The position numbers were made by a program, and so were the translations under genes. From positions 152,214 to 216,213 of the forward strand of contig JAYQJB010000002.1 of the NCBI GenBank assembly GCA_038141925.1: 64,000 bases of DNA. The letters run 5' to 3'. Shown here piece after piece: positions 33,757 to 44,548 of this stretch (the stretch's first letter is position 1; every line of letters starts with the position of its first letter). Below the pieces are notes generated by a model, which did no database searches, was not told the DNA's origin, and saw nothing but the letters and a program-made list of their open reading frames with translations. This DNA comes from Gammaproteobacteria bacterium (GTDB lineage Bacteria; Pseudomonadota; Gammaproteobacteria; Magnimaribacterales; AG-339-G14).

Positions 33757-34635
33757 TTAATCCCTTAAAAGTTTCTTAGGTTTAAAAATATTTGTTAATC
33801 CTATTCCAATCAATATACATAAAGAGCCTAATATTACTTTCTGATCTATATTTTCATTTAGAAAAATTGCTCCCCAGAAAATTCCAGTTATAGGTACCAA
33901 AAAAATTATTGAAGAAGCTTGAACTGGGGAGGACCTCTGCAATAAAACAACATATGCAATGAAAGAGATGCCTGTTGAAACCAACCCAAGGAAAAAGACA
34001 GCCAAATAAGTTTTTAGAGATAAATCAAAAGAAAAAGATTGTGGTTCTGATAGAAATAAAGGTATGGAAAAAATGAAACCTGACATCATAGTTGCCGAAG
34101 CAAGTGCTGAAGACTTTATATGATTTAATTTAAATAGAATGTTGTTTGAATAGGCATAACAAAAGGCTCCAATAAGACATAGGGTTACTGGAAAAAATAC
34201 TACTCTGATTTCATCTAGTCCTATAAATATTAAGAGCCCGACAAAGCCTACTATAAGTCCTGATACTTGGAGAAAGGTAGTATTTTGCTTGAAAAGCAGG
34301 ATTGCAATAATTAATGCAAATAAAGGAGAAGTGCCATTTAAGATTGAAAGCATGCCAGCTGAAAGCTCTTGGGCAGACCAAGCAAATAGAAAGAAAGGCA
34401 AGGCAGCATTTATTATCCCAAGCAACATCAAAGCAGGAACAACTTTAGACATCTGCACTAAATCTTCTCTGCCAATAAATAAAGGTCCTAATAGAAGAGA
34501 GGCTAATAACAGTCTTATTGAGACTAAATGAGAAGGTGAAATTTCTTCTACTACCAAACGTGTAAACATAAAGGACGCTCCCCAACTAAAACTTACAAAT
34601 AGTACGAGTAACCAATTTAAAATACTTGTCTTCAT
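33757..34635 (-). CDS. DMT/EamA family transporter
   Basis: WGASF, two EamA repeats, 10 TM. Confidence 0.88.
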   Translation of the reverse strand: MKTSILNWLLVLFVSFSWGASFMFTRLVVEEISPSHLVSIRLLLASLLLGPLFIGREDLVQMSKVVPALMLLGIINAALPFFLFAWSAQELSAGMLSILNGTSPLFALIIAILLFKQNTTFLQVSGLIVGFVGLLIFIGLDEIRVVFFPVTLCLIGAFCYAYSNNILFKLNHIKSSALASATMMSGFIFSIPLFLSEPQSFSFDLSLKTYLAVFFLGLVSTGISFIAYVVLLQRSSPVQASSIIFLVPITGIFWGAIFLNENIDQKVILGSLCILIGIGLTNIFKPKKLLRD

Positions 34636-34752
34636 GAAGTAATAATCTCGTAAAGCGTCTTTTTTTTATAAAAGCTTATAAAGCCAGTAAAATCATTCAT
34701 CTTGTTTTCTATTTTTTTCTAGTTTACATTGCCTCACTAAAAAATATTCATT

Positions 34753-35727
34753 ATGAAAGTTGTAGTAGAAAATCTTATTTATAAACTCTTTAGCCAAGAA
34801 ATAGTTGAACTAGATCCAAATATAGAGATTATTTCATTAAATGCTGAAGATCCTAATGATCCTGCTTGGCAAGAAGTTCCTGAGTATGATGCTCTTTTTC
34901 TATCCTATACATTTCTTTTTGCAGTAAGAGATCACAAGCATCTTTTTGAGCCAATGCTGGAGCTTGCGAAAAAAGCAAAGTTTATCCAAAGCGGCTATGC
35001 GGGAATGGACGATCCTTTTTTACAGGCTGTTTTAAAAGAGACAGATGCTGTTGTTGCCAACTCAAGCAGTATTTATGGAAAACCTATGGCCAATTACGTA
35101 TTGGCGCAAATGCTGAGATGGAATAAAAGAATTGATCTTCATATTGAGCTTCAAAAAGAAAAAAATTGGATGCCAAATGGAGGTGATGGCGAACTAACCA
35201 ATAAAAACCTATTAATTTATGGATATGGAGGTATTGGAAAAGAAGTTGCTCGAATTGCTAAGACGTTTGAAATGAATATCACCGGTATTAGAAGATCTCC
35301 TGAACCTTGTGAGTTTGCAAACGAAGTTAAAACTCCTGAAAACTTAATGGATATTTTGCCTTTTGCAGATTTTCTTGTAACGGTTTTACCAGACAGCGAA
35401 CATACCCGAGATGTAATTGACAAAAAAGTCTTCAAACAAATGAATCCGCAAAGCATGTATATAAATGTTGGTCGAGGAAGCGCTGTGAATGAGGTGGACT
35501 TAGCTGAGGCTTTAAATTCCGGAGAAATTGCTGCTGCGGCATTAGATACCACTAAAAATGAGCCTTTAGAAAAGGACTCTCCTCTTTGGGAAGCTAAAAA
35601 TTGTTTTATTTCAGCTCATGATTCAGCGCACTCCTTAATGTCTTTACCTAGATCATTCAATCTATTTCTTGAAAATGTTGCCAATTTAAAAGATGGCAAA
35701 CCGATAACAAATCTATTTGAGCTTTAA
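34753..35727 (+). CDS. D-2-hydroxyacid dehydrogenase
   Basis: GYGGIG, INVGRG, AALD..EPL, SAH. Confidence 0.88.
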   Translation: MKVVVENLIYKLFSQEIVELDPNIEIISLNAEDPNDPAWQEVPEYDALFLSYTFLFAVRDHKHLFEPMLELAKKAKFIQSGYAGMDDPFLQAVLKETDAVVANSSSIYGKPMANYVLAQMLRWNKRIDLHIELQKEKNWMPNGGDGELTNKNLLIYGYGGIGKEVARIAKTFEMNITGIRRSPEPCEFANEVKTPENLMDILPFADFLVTVLPDSEHTRDVIDKKVFKQMNPQSMYINVGRGSAVNEVDLAEALNSGEIAAAALDTTKNEPLEKDSPLWEAKNCFISAHDSAHSLMSLPRSFNLFLENVANLKDGKPITNLFEL

Positions 35728-35730
35728 CCC

Positions 35731-36843
35731 ATGAAAGTAAATCTTCTTGGTATGTCTTTGGATGCCATGGAAAAATTTTTTATATCAATGGGAGAGAAGC
35801 CTTTTCGCGCTAAGCAAACTTTTCAATGGATTCATCAAAAAGGAATATCAAAATTTTCTGATATGACCAATCTTTCAAAAAACTTACAGAACACTTTAGA
35901 GAAAAATGCAGAAATTAGACCTCCAGAAATTGTTTATGAGAAAGACTCCAAAGACGGAACTCGAAAATGGGTATTGAGTGTTGGAGAAGGTGATTTAGTT
36001 GAAATGGTTTTAATTCCTGAAGGCAAGAGAGCCACTCTATGTGTTTCATCTCAGGTGGGATGCGCTGTTGACTGCAGTTTTTGTGCAACTGGTAAACAAG
36101 GATTTTCAAGAAATTTATCAACAGCAGAAATCATAGGTCAAGTTTGGGTTGCGGAAAATTCTTTTGGAACTCCCAGAGATCACGGTTCAAAAAATGTAAC
36201 AAATGTTGTGATGATGGGTATGGGAGAGCCTTTGCTTAATTTCGAACCTGTCACAGAAGCTATGAATTTGATGATGCATAACAAAGCCTATGGACTCTCG
36301 AAAAGAAAAGTAACTTTAAGCACCTCAGGATTAGTTCCCATGATAGATAAACTTTCGGAGGTAACGGACGCCGCACTAACCATTTCTCTTCATGCTCCCA
36401 ATGACGAATTACGTAATGATCTTGTACCTTTGAACAAAAAATATCCAATTAAAAAATTATTAGAGTCAGTAATGCGTTACGTTGAAAAATGCGGTGATCA
36501 AAGAAAAACTACTATGGAGTACATCTTAATTAACAAAGTTAACGACTCCTTAGAAAATGCCAAAGAACTTGCAGAAGTTTTAAGAAACATCCCAAGCAAG
36601 ATTAATTTAATCCCCTTCAATCCATTTCCTGGAACAGAATATAAAAGACCTTCCAACATGCGCGTGGAAACTTTTAAAAAAGTCCTTCAAAAAGAAGGTT
36701 TTATAACCACGGTAAGAACTACTAGAGGAGAAGACATCATGGCGGCATGTGGTCAGTTGGTGGGAAAAGTTAATGACAAAACTCGAAGAAAAGAGAGATC
36801 TCAAAATAAAGGAAAGCGAATTTCTACTAAGTTAATCAGTTAG
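35731..36843 (+). CDS. rlmN: Dual-specificity RNA methyltransferase RlmN
   Basis: [39 protein letters not shown]. Confidence 0.96.
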   Translation: MKVNLLGMSLDAMEKFFISMGEKPFRAKQTFQWIHQKGISKFSDMTNLSKNLQNTLEKNAEIRPPEIVYEKDSKDGTRKWVLSVGEGDLVEMVLIPEGKRATLCVSSQVGCAVDCSFCATGKQGFSRNLSTAEIIGQVWVAENSFGTPRDHGSKNVTNVVMMGMGEPLLNFEPVTEAMNLMMHNKAYGLSKRKVTLSTSGLVPMIDKLSEVTDAALTISLHAPNDELRNDLVPLNKKYPIKKLLESVMRYVEKCGDQRKTTMEYILINKVNDSLENAKELAEVLRNIPSKINLIPFNPFPGTEYKRPSNMRVETFKKVLQKEGFITTVRTTRGEDIMAACGQLVGKVNDKTRRKERSQNKGKRISTKLIS

Positions 36844-37581
36844 ATTATCTGAAGATTTAAGTCGATTTTTGCGAAAAATAAAAAAAGCTACAGGTATGCC
36901 TAGGATGTAAAGCATTCCTACAATAGATAAGAACTGCCACAAAAAATTAATCATCAGCAAAACTAAAACCACAAAGCCAACAAAAAACCTTAGAAAGAAC
37001 TTTCTGTTTACAGTGATATTAAGTTCTTTCAGAGAAAATGTTGGAATCTTGCTCACCATTAACAAACCTACAAGACTTGTATATATTGCTACTGCTTCAG
37101 GGTTTTCAATCCCCCAATTGAAACCAAGAAAAGAGTGAATCAAGGGTAGCAAAATGAGACCTGCGCCGGATGGAGTTGGCACTCCTAAAAAATACCCCTG
37201 TTTTTGAGCATCCTCAGTTGGCGGCAAGTTTAAGTTGAATATTGCAAGTCTTAAACAAGCAAAAACAATAAAAGCAGTAACCGCAAGATATCCCCATATA
37301 GCCAATTCTTCTAGAATCCCAAAATAAACTAAAATTCCAGGAGCCACCCCGAAACTCAAAAAATCAGCTAAAGAGTCTAGTTCAGCTCCCAAATCTGATT
37401 GAGTTTTTAAGAGTCTAGAAAATAAACCGTCTAAAACATCACAAATTGCAGCAATAAGAATACACACAACTGCAGCTTTAAAATCTTCTAAAACTGCAAA
37501 CCTTATCGAGCTAAGTCCGAAGCAAAGTCCAGTTAAAGTAATTAAGTTTGGAATAAAATTCTTAATGCTTCTTTCAGACAT
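36832..37581 (-). CDS. pssA: CDP-diacylglycerol--serine O-phosphatidyltransferase
   Basis: [40 protein letters not shown]; adjacent to psd. Confidence 0.88.
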   Translation of the reverse strand: MSERSIKNFIPNLITLTGLCFGLSSIRFAVLEDFKAAVVCILIAAICDVLDGLFSRLLKTQSDLGAELDSLADFLSFGVAPGILVYFGILEELAIWGYLAVTAFIVFACLRLAIFNLNLPPTEDAQKQGYFLGVPTPSGAGLILLPLIHSFLGFNWGIENPEAVAIYTSLVGLLMVSKIPTFSLKELNITVNRKFFLRFFVGFVVLVLLMINFLWQFLSIVGMLYILGIPVAFFIFRKNRLKSSDNLTD

Positions 37582-37586
37582 GATTA

Positions 37587-38393
37587 TTAACTCGCAATGA
37601 TGGTCTCTCCAGCAATGACCTTTTGTCCTAGTTCTACTTTTGGAGCGTAATTTGAAGGCAGGTAGACATCAACTCTAGAGCCAAACCTAATGAGACCAAA
37701 CCTTTCACCAATCTTTAGTGAATCAAAAAGATTTACAAAAGAAAGAATTCTTCTTGCAATGAGCCCTGCTATTTGGACCACAATGATATCTTCATCTTTA
37801 TTATTTTCTAGCACGAGAATATTTCGCTCATTGTGTTCGCTTGCTTTGTCTAGGCTAGCATTTATAAATTTTCCAGGAACATAGATTATTTCTTTAATGC
37901 TACCTGCGACAGGAGCTCTGTTTACATGGACATTGAAAACATTCATAAAAACAGAAATTTTTAATAATTCCTCAGAGCTTTTAACCTCTTTAGGCGGAAG
38001 AGTTTTTTCGATTTTACAGATAACGCCATCTGCAGGAGAAATAATACCTTCCTCAGATGAAGGAGTTTCTCTTTCTGGATCTCTAAAAAACCATAAAACG
38101 AAAATCGTTAAAAGGAAACCTAGAATTCCCAGAGGAAAGTAAAAAAACCCCAATAAAGAAGAAAGTAAAATGAATATCAAAAAAAACTTATAACCTTCGG
38201 GATGAACTCGCTCTAGAGATAACCAAAAAATAACTACTCCCATTGAAGAAATCAATAGGTTCTGTAATCCAGAAAAAGCGACAAATCCAGTCAGCTCGCT
38301 TATAAAGCTTGAGGTCGCTCCAGCAGCAACAAAAAGCAGTCCAAAAAACATCAATAATTTTCTTAAAATTCTCATCGGAGAGGAATTATACAT
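37587..38393 (-). CDS. psd: Phosphatidylserine decarboxylase proenzyme
   Basis: FFRDPER, SPADG, FMNVFNVHVNRAP, QIAGLIARRI, IRFGSRVD self-cleavage motif. Confidence 0.92.
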   Translation of the reverse strand: MYNSSPMRILRKLLMFFGLLFVAAGATSSFISELTGFVAFSGLQNLLISSMGVVIFWLSLERVHPEGYKFFLIFILLSSLLGFFYFPLGILGFLLTIFVLWFFRDPERETPSSEEGIISPADGVICKIEKTLPPKEVKSSEELLKISVFMNVFNVHVNRAPVAGSIKEIIYVPGKFINASLDKASEHNERNILVLENNKDEDIIVVQIAGLIARRILSFVNLFDSLKIGERFGLIRFGSRVDVYLPSNYAPKVELGQKVIAGETIIAS

Positions 38394-38475
38394 ATCTAAA
38401 ATGTTTTGAATAAATTTCTCTATGTTTTAGTTTCAATAAGATTACAATAGCGCTTCAAAATGCAAACTGATTTCC

Positions 38476-39456
38476 ATGCAAAAAAAATTAATACTCCTTA
38501 TTTTATTTTCCAGTCTACTAATGTCTGACGAGCGATTTAAAAATACCAACAATATGCCAAATTTAAAAAGTTTTGGAGACTTTTTGAAATGGAGTTTTAA
38601 TAGAAAAAGACCAACCCCAATAAAAATAGAATCATCAGATGAATGGAAAAATTTTTCTGAGCTCGGGGAAAACTACTTAATTTGGATCGGACACTCTACC
38701 TTTTTAATTAATATAGAAGGGACCATCGTCCTAACTGATCCGGTTTTTTCTGATCGGGCTTCTCCGGTTAAGATAGCGGGGCCAAAAAGAATTATTCCTC
38801 CAGCCATGCAAATTACTGACTTGCCTGAAATAGATGTCGTTACAGTAAGTCATAATCATTATGATCATTTAGACATCCCTTCATTAAAAAAACTTTCAAA
38901 AAAGAATCCAAAAACTTTGTTTTTAGTTCCAAAGGGAGATCAAAAATTATTAAATCGAAAGGGTATTAAAAATACTAGAGAATTTTTATGGTGGGAAAAC
39001 ATTGAAATAAAAGGGACTAAATTTACTTTCACTCCTACTCAACATTGGTCGGCTAGAGGTTTAGCAGACAGAAATAAAAGTCTTTGGGGCGGATGGTTTA
39101 TGTCCTTTCCAAATTTTAAAAGCTTTCATGCAGGAGATTCAGGTTACTCTAAAGATTTCCAAGATACTCAGGAAAAACTCGGTAAACCTGATCTATCTTT
39201 GATTCCAATTGGAGCATATGCGCCACAATGGTTTATGAAAGCAAATCATGTAAATCCGGAAGAGGCTTTGCAGGTTGCTCTTGATTTAGGATCAAAAAAG
39301 AATTTCGCCATGCATTGGGGAACCTTCCAGCTTACTGATGAAGAAACATTGGAACCACCAGCTTTACTTGAAGAAGCCTTGACAAAAAAAGGACTGCCAA
39401 AAACCTTTTTTGAAATTTTAAAACCAGGACAGCTTAAAAAAGTTACACTTAATTAG
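38476..39456 (+). CDS. MBL-fold hydrolase, NAPE-PLD/RomA-like
   Basis: WIGHST, TDPVFSDRASP, SHNHYDHLD, QHWSAR, AGDSGY, PIGAYAP, MHWGTF. Confidence 0.88.
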   Translation: MQKKLILLILFSSLLMSDERFKNTNNMPNLKSFGDFLKWSFNRKRPTPIKIESSDEWKNFSELGENYLIWIGHSTFLINIEGTIVLTDPVFSDRASPVKIAGPKRIIPPAMQITDLPEIDVVTVSHNHYDHLDIPSLKKLSKKNPKTLFLVPKGDQKLLNRKGIKNTREFLWWENIEIKGTKFTFTPTQHWSARGLADRNKSLWGGWFMSFPNFKSFHAGDSGYSKDFQDTQEKLGKPDLSLIPIGAYAPQWFMKANHVNPEEALQVALDLGSKKNFAMHWGTFQLTDEETLEPPALLEEALTKKGLPKTFFEILKPGQLKKVTLN

Positions 39457-39466
39457 GAGACAAAAT

Positions 39467-39580
39467 ATGGATTGTGGTTGCGGAAGAAGTCCAACTGGAA
39501 AATGCATCGGTTGGCATAAACTCTCTGAAGAAGAATACCAAGAGGCTTTAAAAAAATATAAAGCTAAAGAAGCCGATTAA
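39467..39580 (+). CDS. 37-aa Cys/His microprotein, CDGSH-like metal/[2Fe-2S] motif
   Basis: AGGAG RBS, then MDCGCGRSPTGKCIGWHKLSEEEYQEALKKYKAKEAD-stop; exactly fills the intergenic gap. Confidence 0.75.
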   Translation: MDCGCGRSPTGKCIGWHKLSEEEYQEALKKYKAKEAD

Positions 39581-39864
39581 GTTTTAAGTTCTTCTTTTAA
39601 TAATCTGCGCTTGGCAGCTGTGCCTCCAGGGGCACTGTATCCTCCTAATTTACCGTCAGACCTTATTACCCTGTGACAAGGAATTTTTATTGGATAAGGA
39701 TTTTTCCCGCAAGCGTTTGCAACTGCTCTAACTGCCAAGGGGTGGCCAATAGCAATAGCAATTTCCTTGTAAGTTTTGGTTTCTCCTTTTGGAATTTTCG
39801 AAAGTTCTCGCCATACCTTTTTCTGAAAAACCGTTCCAGAACTCAAAACCAGTGGTTTTGTCAT
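39577..39864 (-). CDS. MGMT family protein (O6-alkylguanine alkyltransferase C-terminal domain only)
   Basis: FQKKVW..IPKGET.TY..RAVANAC..NP..IPCHRV. Confidence 0.9.
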   Translation of the reverse strand: MTKPLVLSSGTVFQKKVWRELSKIPKGETKTYKEIAIAIGHPLAVRAVANACGKNPYPIKIPCHRVIRSDGKLGGYSAPGGTAAKRRLLKEELKT

Positions 39865-40124
39865 CCAGACTTATCTAGTTTTTCAATGATTTCTATAACT
39901 TCATGCGCCCAATTTCCAATGATGGGAATAAACTCAAATTGAGCGAGTATTTGAATAAAGATAGTTACTAGCACTGTGGCACCAACAACAGATCCAAGGC
40001 CAATCGCCAAACCTCTTAACAGGTTGTAGTACATGAACTTCCATGCAGATTCGTGAATTTTCATGAAGTTGTGTTCTTTTAACTCTTCCAGAGCATCGGC
40101 AAGTCTTTTTTGGTCTTCTTCCAT
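39861..40124 (-). CDS. DUF5665-like small membrane protein
   Basis: NLLRGLAIGLGSVVGAT, IPIIG motif. Confidence 0.7.
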   Translation of the reverse strand: MEEDQKRLADALEELKEHNFMKIHESAWKFMYYNLLRGLAIGLGSVVGATVLVTIFIQILAQFEFIPIIGNWAHEVIEIIEKLDKSG

Positions 40125-40202
40125 TTTCCCCCCTAAAGTGAGCAGCTTGAATCCTTAAGAGGTAAGATTATAAAGTATTAACAAGTAAAAATTAGATCGA
40201 AG

Positions 40203-40799
40203 ATGAAAAAAATTGAGTATTACCTAGATTGTAGTAGTCCTTGGACCTACCTTTCGTTTAGGGGGATTTTAGAACTTAGAAAAAATAAAGAATTTGAAAT
40301 AATTTGGAAGCCCATATTGGTTGGGGGAATTTTCAATTCGACAAATCCTAGCGTCTATGAAAGTAGAAAAAATCCAGTTAAAGAAAAATTGGAATATTCT
40401 CAAAAAGACATGGCCGATTGGGCAAAACTAAGACACATAGAATTTAACTGGCCAAAAATCTTTCCAATCAATAGCGTAAAGTCTATGCGCGGTGCTTTTT
40501 ACTTCATAGACAAAAACAAAGATATAGAAGAATACCTAGAAAAAGTTTTTAAAGCTTATTGGACAGAAGGTAAGGACATTTCAAGCGACGCTTGTTTGAA
40601 TGAAATTGTCACTTCTCTATCGATAAAAGCTGATGATTTCTTAGAATTTATTGCGTTACCAGAAACCAAAGAAAGACTTGTAAAAAATACACAAGAATTA
40701 ATGGACCGTAAAGGATTTGGTTCGCCGACTTTCTTTTTGGAAAAAGAAGACATGTATTTCGGTAACGATAGAATTCAGCTTATAGAAAAGAAATTATAA
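40203..40799 (+). CDS. 2-hydroxychromene-2-carboxylate isomerase/GST-kappa (DsbA fold)
   Basis: DCSSPWTYL, PILVGGIF, FPINS, GFGSPTF, FGNDR. Confidence 0.88.
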   Translation: MKKIEYYLDCSSPWTYLSFRGILELRKNKEFEIIWKPILVGGIFNSTNPSVYESRKNPVKEKLEYSQKDMADWAKLRHIEFNWPKIFPINSVKSMRGAFYFIDKNKDIEEYLEKVFKAYWTEGKDISSDACLNEIVTSLSIKADDFLEFIALPETKERLVKNTQELMDRKGFGSPTFFLEKEDMYFGNDRIQLIEKKL

Positions 40800-40802
40800 A
40801 GA

Positions 40803-41536
40803 TTATTCGCTCTCTTTTTTCTTCGCCATTTCAGCAATGCTTTTGGCATCTTGTTTGAACATGGTTTTTAAACTTTCTTTTGAGATCCCCTCTCCGAAAT
40901 TTCTAGCTTCCTTGCCAACATCAATTCCTCTGCGAACAGCGGGCCTGGATTTTATTGCATCAAACCATCTGCGGACATTCGCGAATAGATCTATATTTAC
41001 TTCATATCTTTTATAGGCAGTTACCCAGGGAAAAGATGGCATATAAGCAATGGAATAATCACCAGCTAGGTATTCTCTCTCATTCAAAATTCTATCCATT
41101 ACGCCAAGCAATCTATCGTATTCATTTTTATATCTTTCTTCTGAGTAAGAATGATCTCCCGGAAAATTTGGTGCGTAGTTAACAAAATGACTTACTTGTC
41201 CTGCCATAGGTCCTAATCCGCCTACTTGCCAAAACAACCACTCTAAAACCTTTTCTCTCTCTGGAGATTTTTGGGGAAAAATTTTCCAGCTTTTTCTCCC
41301 AGATACATCAATATTGCTCCGGACTCAAAAATGCTTATTGGCTCTCCATTAATAATATTTTTGTGATCTACAATCACAGGCATTCTGTTGTTTGGACTAA
41401 TTTTTAAAAATTCTGGGGTAAATTGATCGCCTTTGCCAAGATTTACCGGAACGACCTGATAATCCATTTCACATTCTTCAAGCATAATGGATATTTTCCA
41501 GCCATTCGGGGTTGGAGCATAATATAAATCTATCAT
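40803..41536 (-). CDS. Glutathione S-transferase (YfcG/YghU-like; frameshift near 41260)
   Basis: PTPNGWKISIMLEE, ISPNNRMP, FESGAIL, WQVGGLGPMAGQ. Confidence 0.9.
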
Positions 41537-41549
41537 CTAAAGAATAGTC

Positions 41550-42360
41550 TTATGGCTTTTTGAATAGAAGAGTCATTCTATCGCTCTCTCCGATAGCGAC
41601 ATATTTGTCCTGATTTTTTTCTTTTAGTCTCAAAGAAGGCGGTAAAGTCCAAACTCCTTTTGGGTGGTTTTTTGTGTCTTTAGGATTAGCATTTATTTCA
41701 GATTTAGAGACCAACCTGAAACCATGTTTTTCTGCAATTTCGATCGCATGTTCTTCAGTAACATAGCCACTTTTTTTCATATCTTTCATAGAAGTGCCTT
41801 TCACTGCTCTATGCTCAACAACACCAAAAATCCCCCCTGATTTAAGTGCTGCAAAGGTGTTTGAAAAAACTTTATCCATCATCGGTCCGAGCCAGTTATG
41901 TAGGTTTCTAAAAGTAAGGACTGCATCTACCGATCCTGGCTCTAGAAAGTTTAGAAGTTAAATCTACTATTTTTACTTTGTTATAAATTTCTTCAGAACT
42001 AATTTTTTTCTCGAAATTTAATCTGCTTTTTTTTAAAAAATTATTTGATGAGTCTTTGTCAAAATGCGCTGCAATCAAGGTTCCTGAATCATCTAGATAA
42101 CTAGCTAAAATTTCAGTGTACCAACCTCCACCAGGAGAGAGCTCTACAACAGTCATAGATGGTTCAAGCTCAAAAAAAGATAATGTTTCGTAAGGATTTC
42201 GATAAATATCTCTTGATGTATTTTTTAAATCACGAAACTCGCTATTGACTGCTTTCTGCAAAGGGTCTGCTGAAAGAGAAAAACTGGAAAATAATATAAA
42301 AAGTGTAAAAAAAATTTTAGAAGAAAAGTTTTTCTTTAATTTAAGCTTCGTGACAATCAC
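41550..42360 (-). CDS. Predicted class I SAM-dependent methyltransferase, secreted type (frameshift near 41940)
   Basis: RD.YRNPYETLSFF, ELSPGGGWYTEIL, TFRNLHNW, SEINANPKD..GVWTLPP..IGESDRMTL. Confidence 0.85.
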
Positions 42361-42736
42361 AATCTAATTCTTTACAAATCTGATGATTTTTATAATGAGC
42401 ATAGATAACAAATAAAGAACCTAAGACCGTGAGAGACTTCTCTCCAATCTCACCAAAAACACTTGCTGTTAATACCGCGAAAACTAGAACAGATAGCCCA
42501 AAGACGCCAAAAAGAAAATAAGAAAGCTTGTCATGATTTGAGTAGCCTTTGATTAGCGCGTAGAAGCTAACCGGAAGAGCAGCAAATAAAATTGCGTAGT
42601 GCACAAATTCATTATTTATAGAAAAAGCAACGAACCACGTAGACAAAATCAGAAAAGAAGGCATGAATAAGCAGTGCAATACACAAATCGTCGACAATGA
42701 TATTGCCAGTTTGTCTGTAAAAAGTTGCAGGTTCAT
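42341..42736 (-). CDS. MerC domain membrane protein
   Basis: DKLAISLSTICVLHCL, EFVH, AHYKN and Cys-rich tail. Confidence 0.82.
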   Translation of the reverse strand: MNLQLFTDKLAISLSTICVLHCLFMPSFLILSTWFVAFSINNEFVHYAILFAALPVSFYALIKGYSNHDKLSYFLFGVFGLSVLVFAVLTASVFGEIGEKSLTVLGSLFVIYAHYKNHQICKELDCDCHEA

Positions 42737-42789
42737 AAATTATCTCTGGTGATGCAGTCTAAATAAAAAACACCTTGGTTACAATTTTT

Positions 42790-44424
42790 TTAAGATACAG
42801 AAGCTTGGTTGATTAAATCAGCAGCTTTTTCTGCAATCATTATGGCTGGAGCATTTGTATTTCCGGCAATTAAAGTAGGCATGATTGAAGCATCAACAAC
42901 TCTCAATCCGTCTATGCCATGAACCTTTAATTTATCATCAACAACGCTCATTTCATCGCTTCCCATCTTACAAGTACTCACTGGATGATATAAAGTTTCG
43001 CCCGTCTCTCTAACCCAATTATCCAGTTCATCGTCATCATCGACATTAAACTCAGGACCTGGCTTGGAGGGCTCACCTCGATATGGTTCAAAAGCCGGTT
43101 GCATGAGAATCCTTCTTGTTTCTCTAAATGCATTTCTGGTGTCAATGACGTCTTCTTCTTCGGAAAGATAATTGGGATAAAGCAATGGCTCATCATTTGG
43201 ATCTGAGCTTTTAAGAGTTAAGTGACCCCTACTCTGGGGTCTACAAATATATGCTATACAGCCAAATCCGTGGTCTGAAGTAACTCCTTCTCTAAAATGT
43301 TGATCCTGACTTTGAACCGAAACATAGTGCAATTGGGTGTCAGGTAAATCTTTTTCGGGGCTAGACTTAATGAATGCGCCTCCACTACATGGAGGGTAGG
43401 CAGCATCTCCTGTACCGAATAATAAATATTTTATTCCCGCAATTTGCGTGTTGAGCCAAGAAGCTGATCTGTGCAGAGTGACAGGCTGCGTTGCATAAAA
43501 AGCACTAGTAACTCCATAATGATCTTGTAAGTTTTTACCCACTCCCTTGAGTTCATGAACCATTTCAATGCCGTGCTTGGTAATGTCATTAGAATCTCCA
43601 ATACCGCTTCGCATCAGAATTTGAGGTGAACCCAATGCTCCTGCAGAAAGAATCACCTCGCGATTTACAAAACAGGAAGTTCTCACACCTTTTCCATTGA
43701 CATACTCAATGCCTTTTACTTTTTTCCCATCGAGTATCAATTTATCGACAGTTACATTGGTTTCATTAAATAGGTTTTTTCTTTTTAGTGCCGGATGCAG
43801 GTAAGCTTGGGCTGAACTCCATCTTCTAGGGCCTCTAGGAGTATCGTTTATCGTATGTTCGTATCTAGAAAAGCCTTCTTGCTCTTTACCATTAAAATCT
43901 CTTGTTAATGGAAAGCCAGCTTCTGCACCTGCTTCAATGAATTTATCAAGCAGCAGATCATCTTCTCTGTTGGATTTTTTCACATGCAAAGGTCCGCTAT
44001 AGCCATGGAAATCTTCATCTCCGTCACCATGAAAATTTTCAGCCTTTTTAAAATAAGGCAGAACATCATCATAAGACCACCCTTCGTTACCTTGTTGTCT
44101 CCATAAGTCATAATCATAAGCATGGCCTCTGATGTAAATCATTGCATTGATTGAGGAAGAACCTCCCCAACCTCTTCCCCTCGGCCAATACAAAGGACGA
44201 TTATTAGTCGTTTCTTCTGGTTCGGTTTCAAACCCATAATTGAAGTCATTTTTGGTTGGGACAATTTGTGAATATCCAGAAGGCATGTGAATGAACATAT
44301 TTTTATCCTTGCCCCCTGCCTCTAAATTTAGTACCGATTTTTTGCCATTCTCAGAAAGCCTGTTGGCCATCACACATCCGGAGCTACCTGCTCCAACAAC
44401 TACATAATCAAAAGTCTTGTCCAT
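42790..44424 (-). CDS. GMC oxidoreductase (choline dehydrogenase-like)
   Basis: VGAGSSG, PRGRGWGGSSSINAMIYIRG, GVGKNLQDH, YHPVSTCKMG, GNTNAP. Confidence 0.92.
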   Translation of the reverse strand: MDKTFDYVVVGAGSSGCVMANRLSENGKKSVLNLEAGGKDKNMFIHMPSGYSQIVPTKNDFNYGFETEPEETTNNRPLYWPRGRGWGGSSSINAMIYIRGHAYDYDLWRQQGNEGWSYDDVLPYFKKAENFHGDGDEDFHGYSGPLHVKKSNREDDLLLDKFIEAGAEAGFPLTRDFNGKEQEGFSRYEHTINDTPRGPRRWSSAQAYLHPALKRKNLFNETNVTVDKLILDGKKVKGIEYVNGKGVRTSCFVNREVILSAGALGSPQILMRSGIGDSNDITKHGIEMVHELKGVGKNLQDHYGVTSAFYATQPVTLHRSASWLNTQIAGIKYLLFGTGDAAYPPCSGGAFIKSSPEKDLPDTQLHYVSVQSQDQHFREGVTSDHGFGCIAYICRPQSRGHLTLKSSDPNDEPLLYPNYLSEEEDVIDTRNAFRETRRILMQPAFEPYRGEPSKPGPEFNVDDDDELDNWVRETGETLYHPVSTCKMGSDEMSVVDDKLKVHGIDGLRVVDASIMPTLIAGNTNAPAIMIAEKAADLINQASVS

Positions 44425-44438
44425 AATTTCTCTCCGCC

Positions 44439-44491
44439 AAAGAGATTATCAATAGGAAAAAGTATGTGCAATAAATTAATTCAGAACTTTT
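44439..44491. repeat. 53-bp direct repeat copy 1 (promoter-like, upstream of the GMC gene)
   Basis: aaagagattatcaataggaaaaagtatgtgcaataaattaattcagaactttt; matches 44987-45039 at 51/53. Confidence 0.9.
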
Positions 44492-44548
44492 CTATTTCAA
44501 TATAAAAATCTGTGAGACCAATGGGCTCGAAAAAATTTTATCTAGCTT

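Noticed and set aside
42790-44424. Assigning betA (and tauD to 28916-29782)
   Set aside because: Family is clear, but no betB/betI or tauABC context supports the specific substrate.
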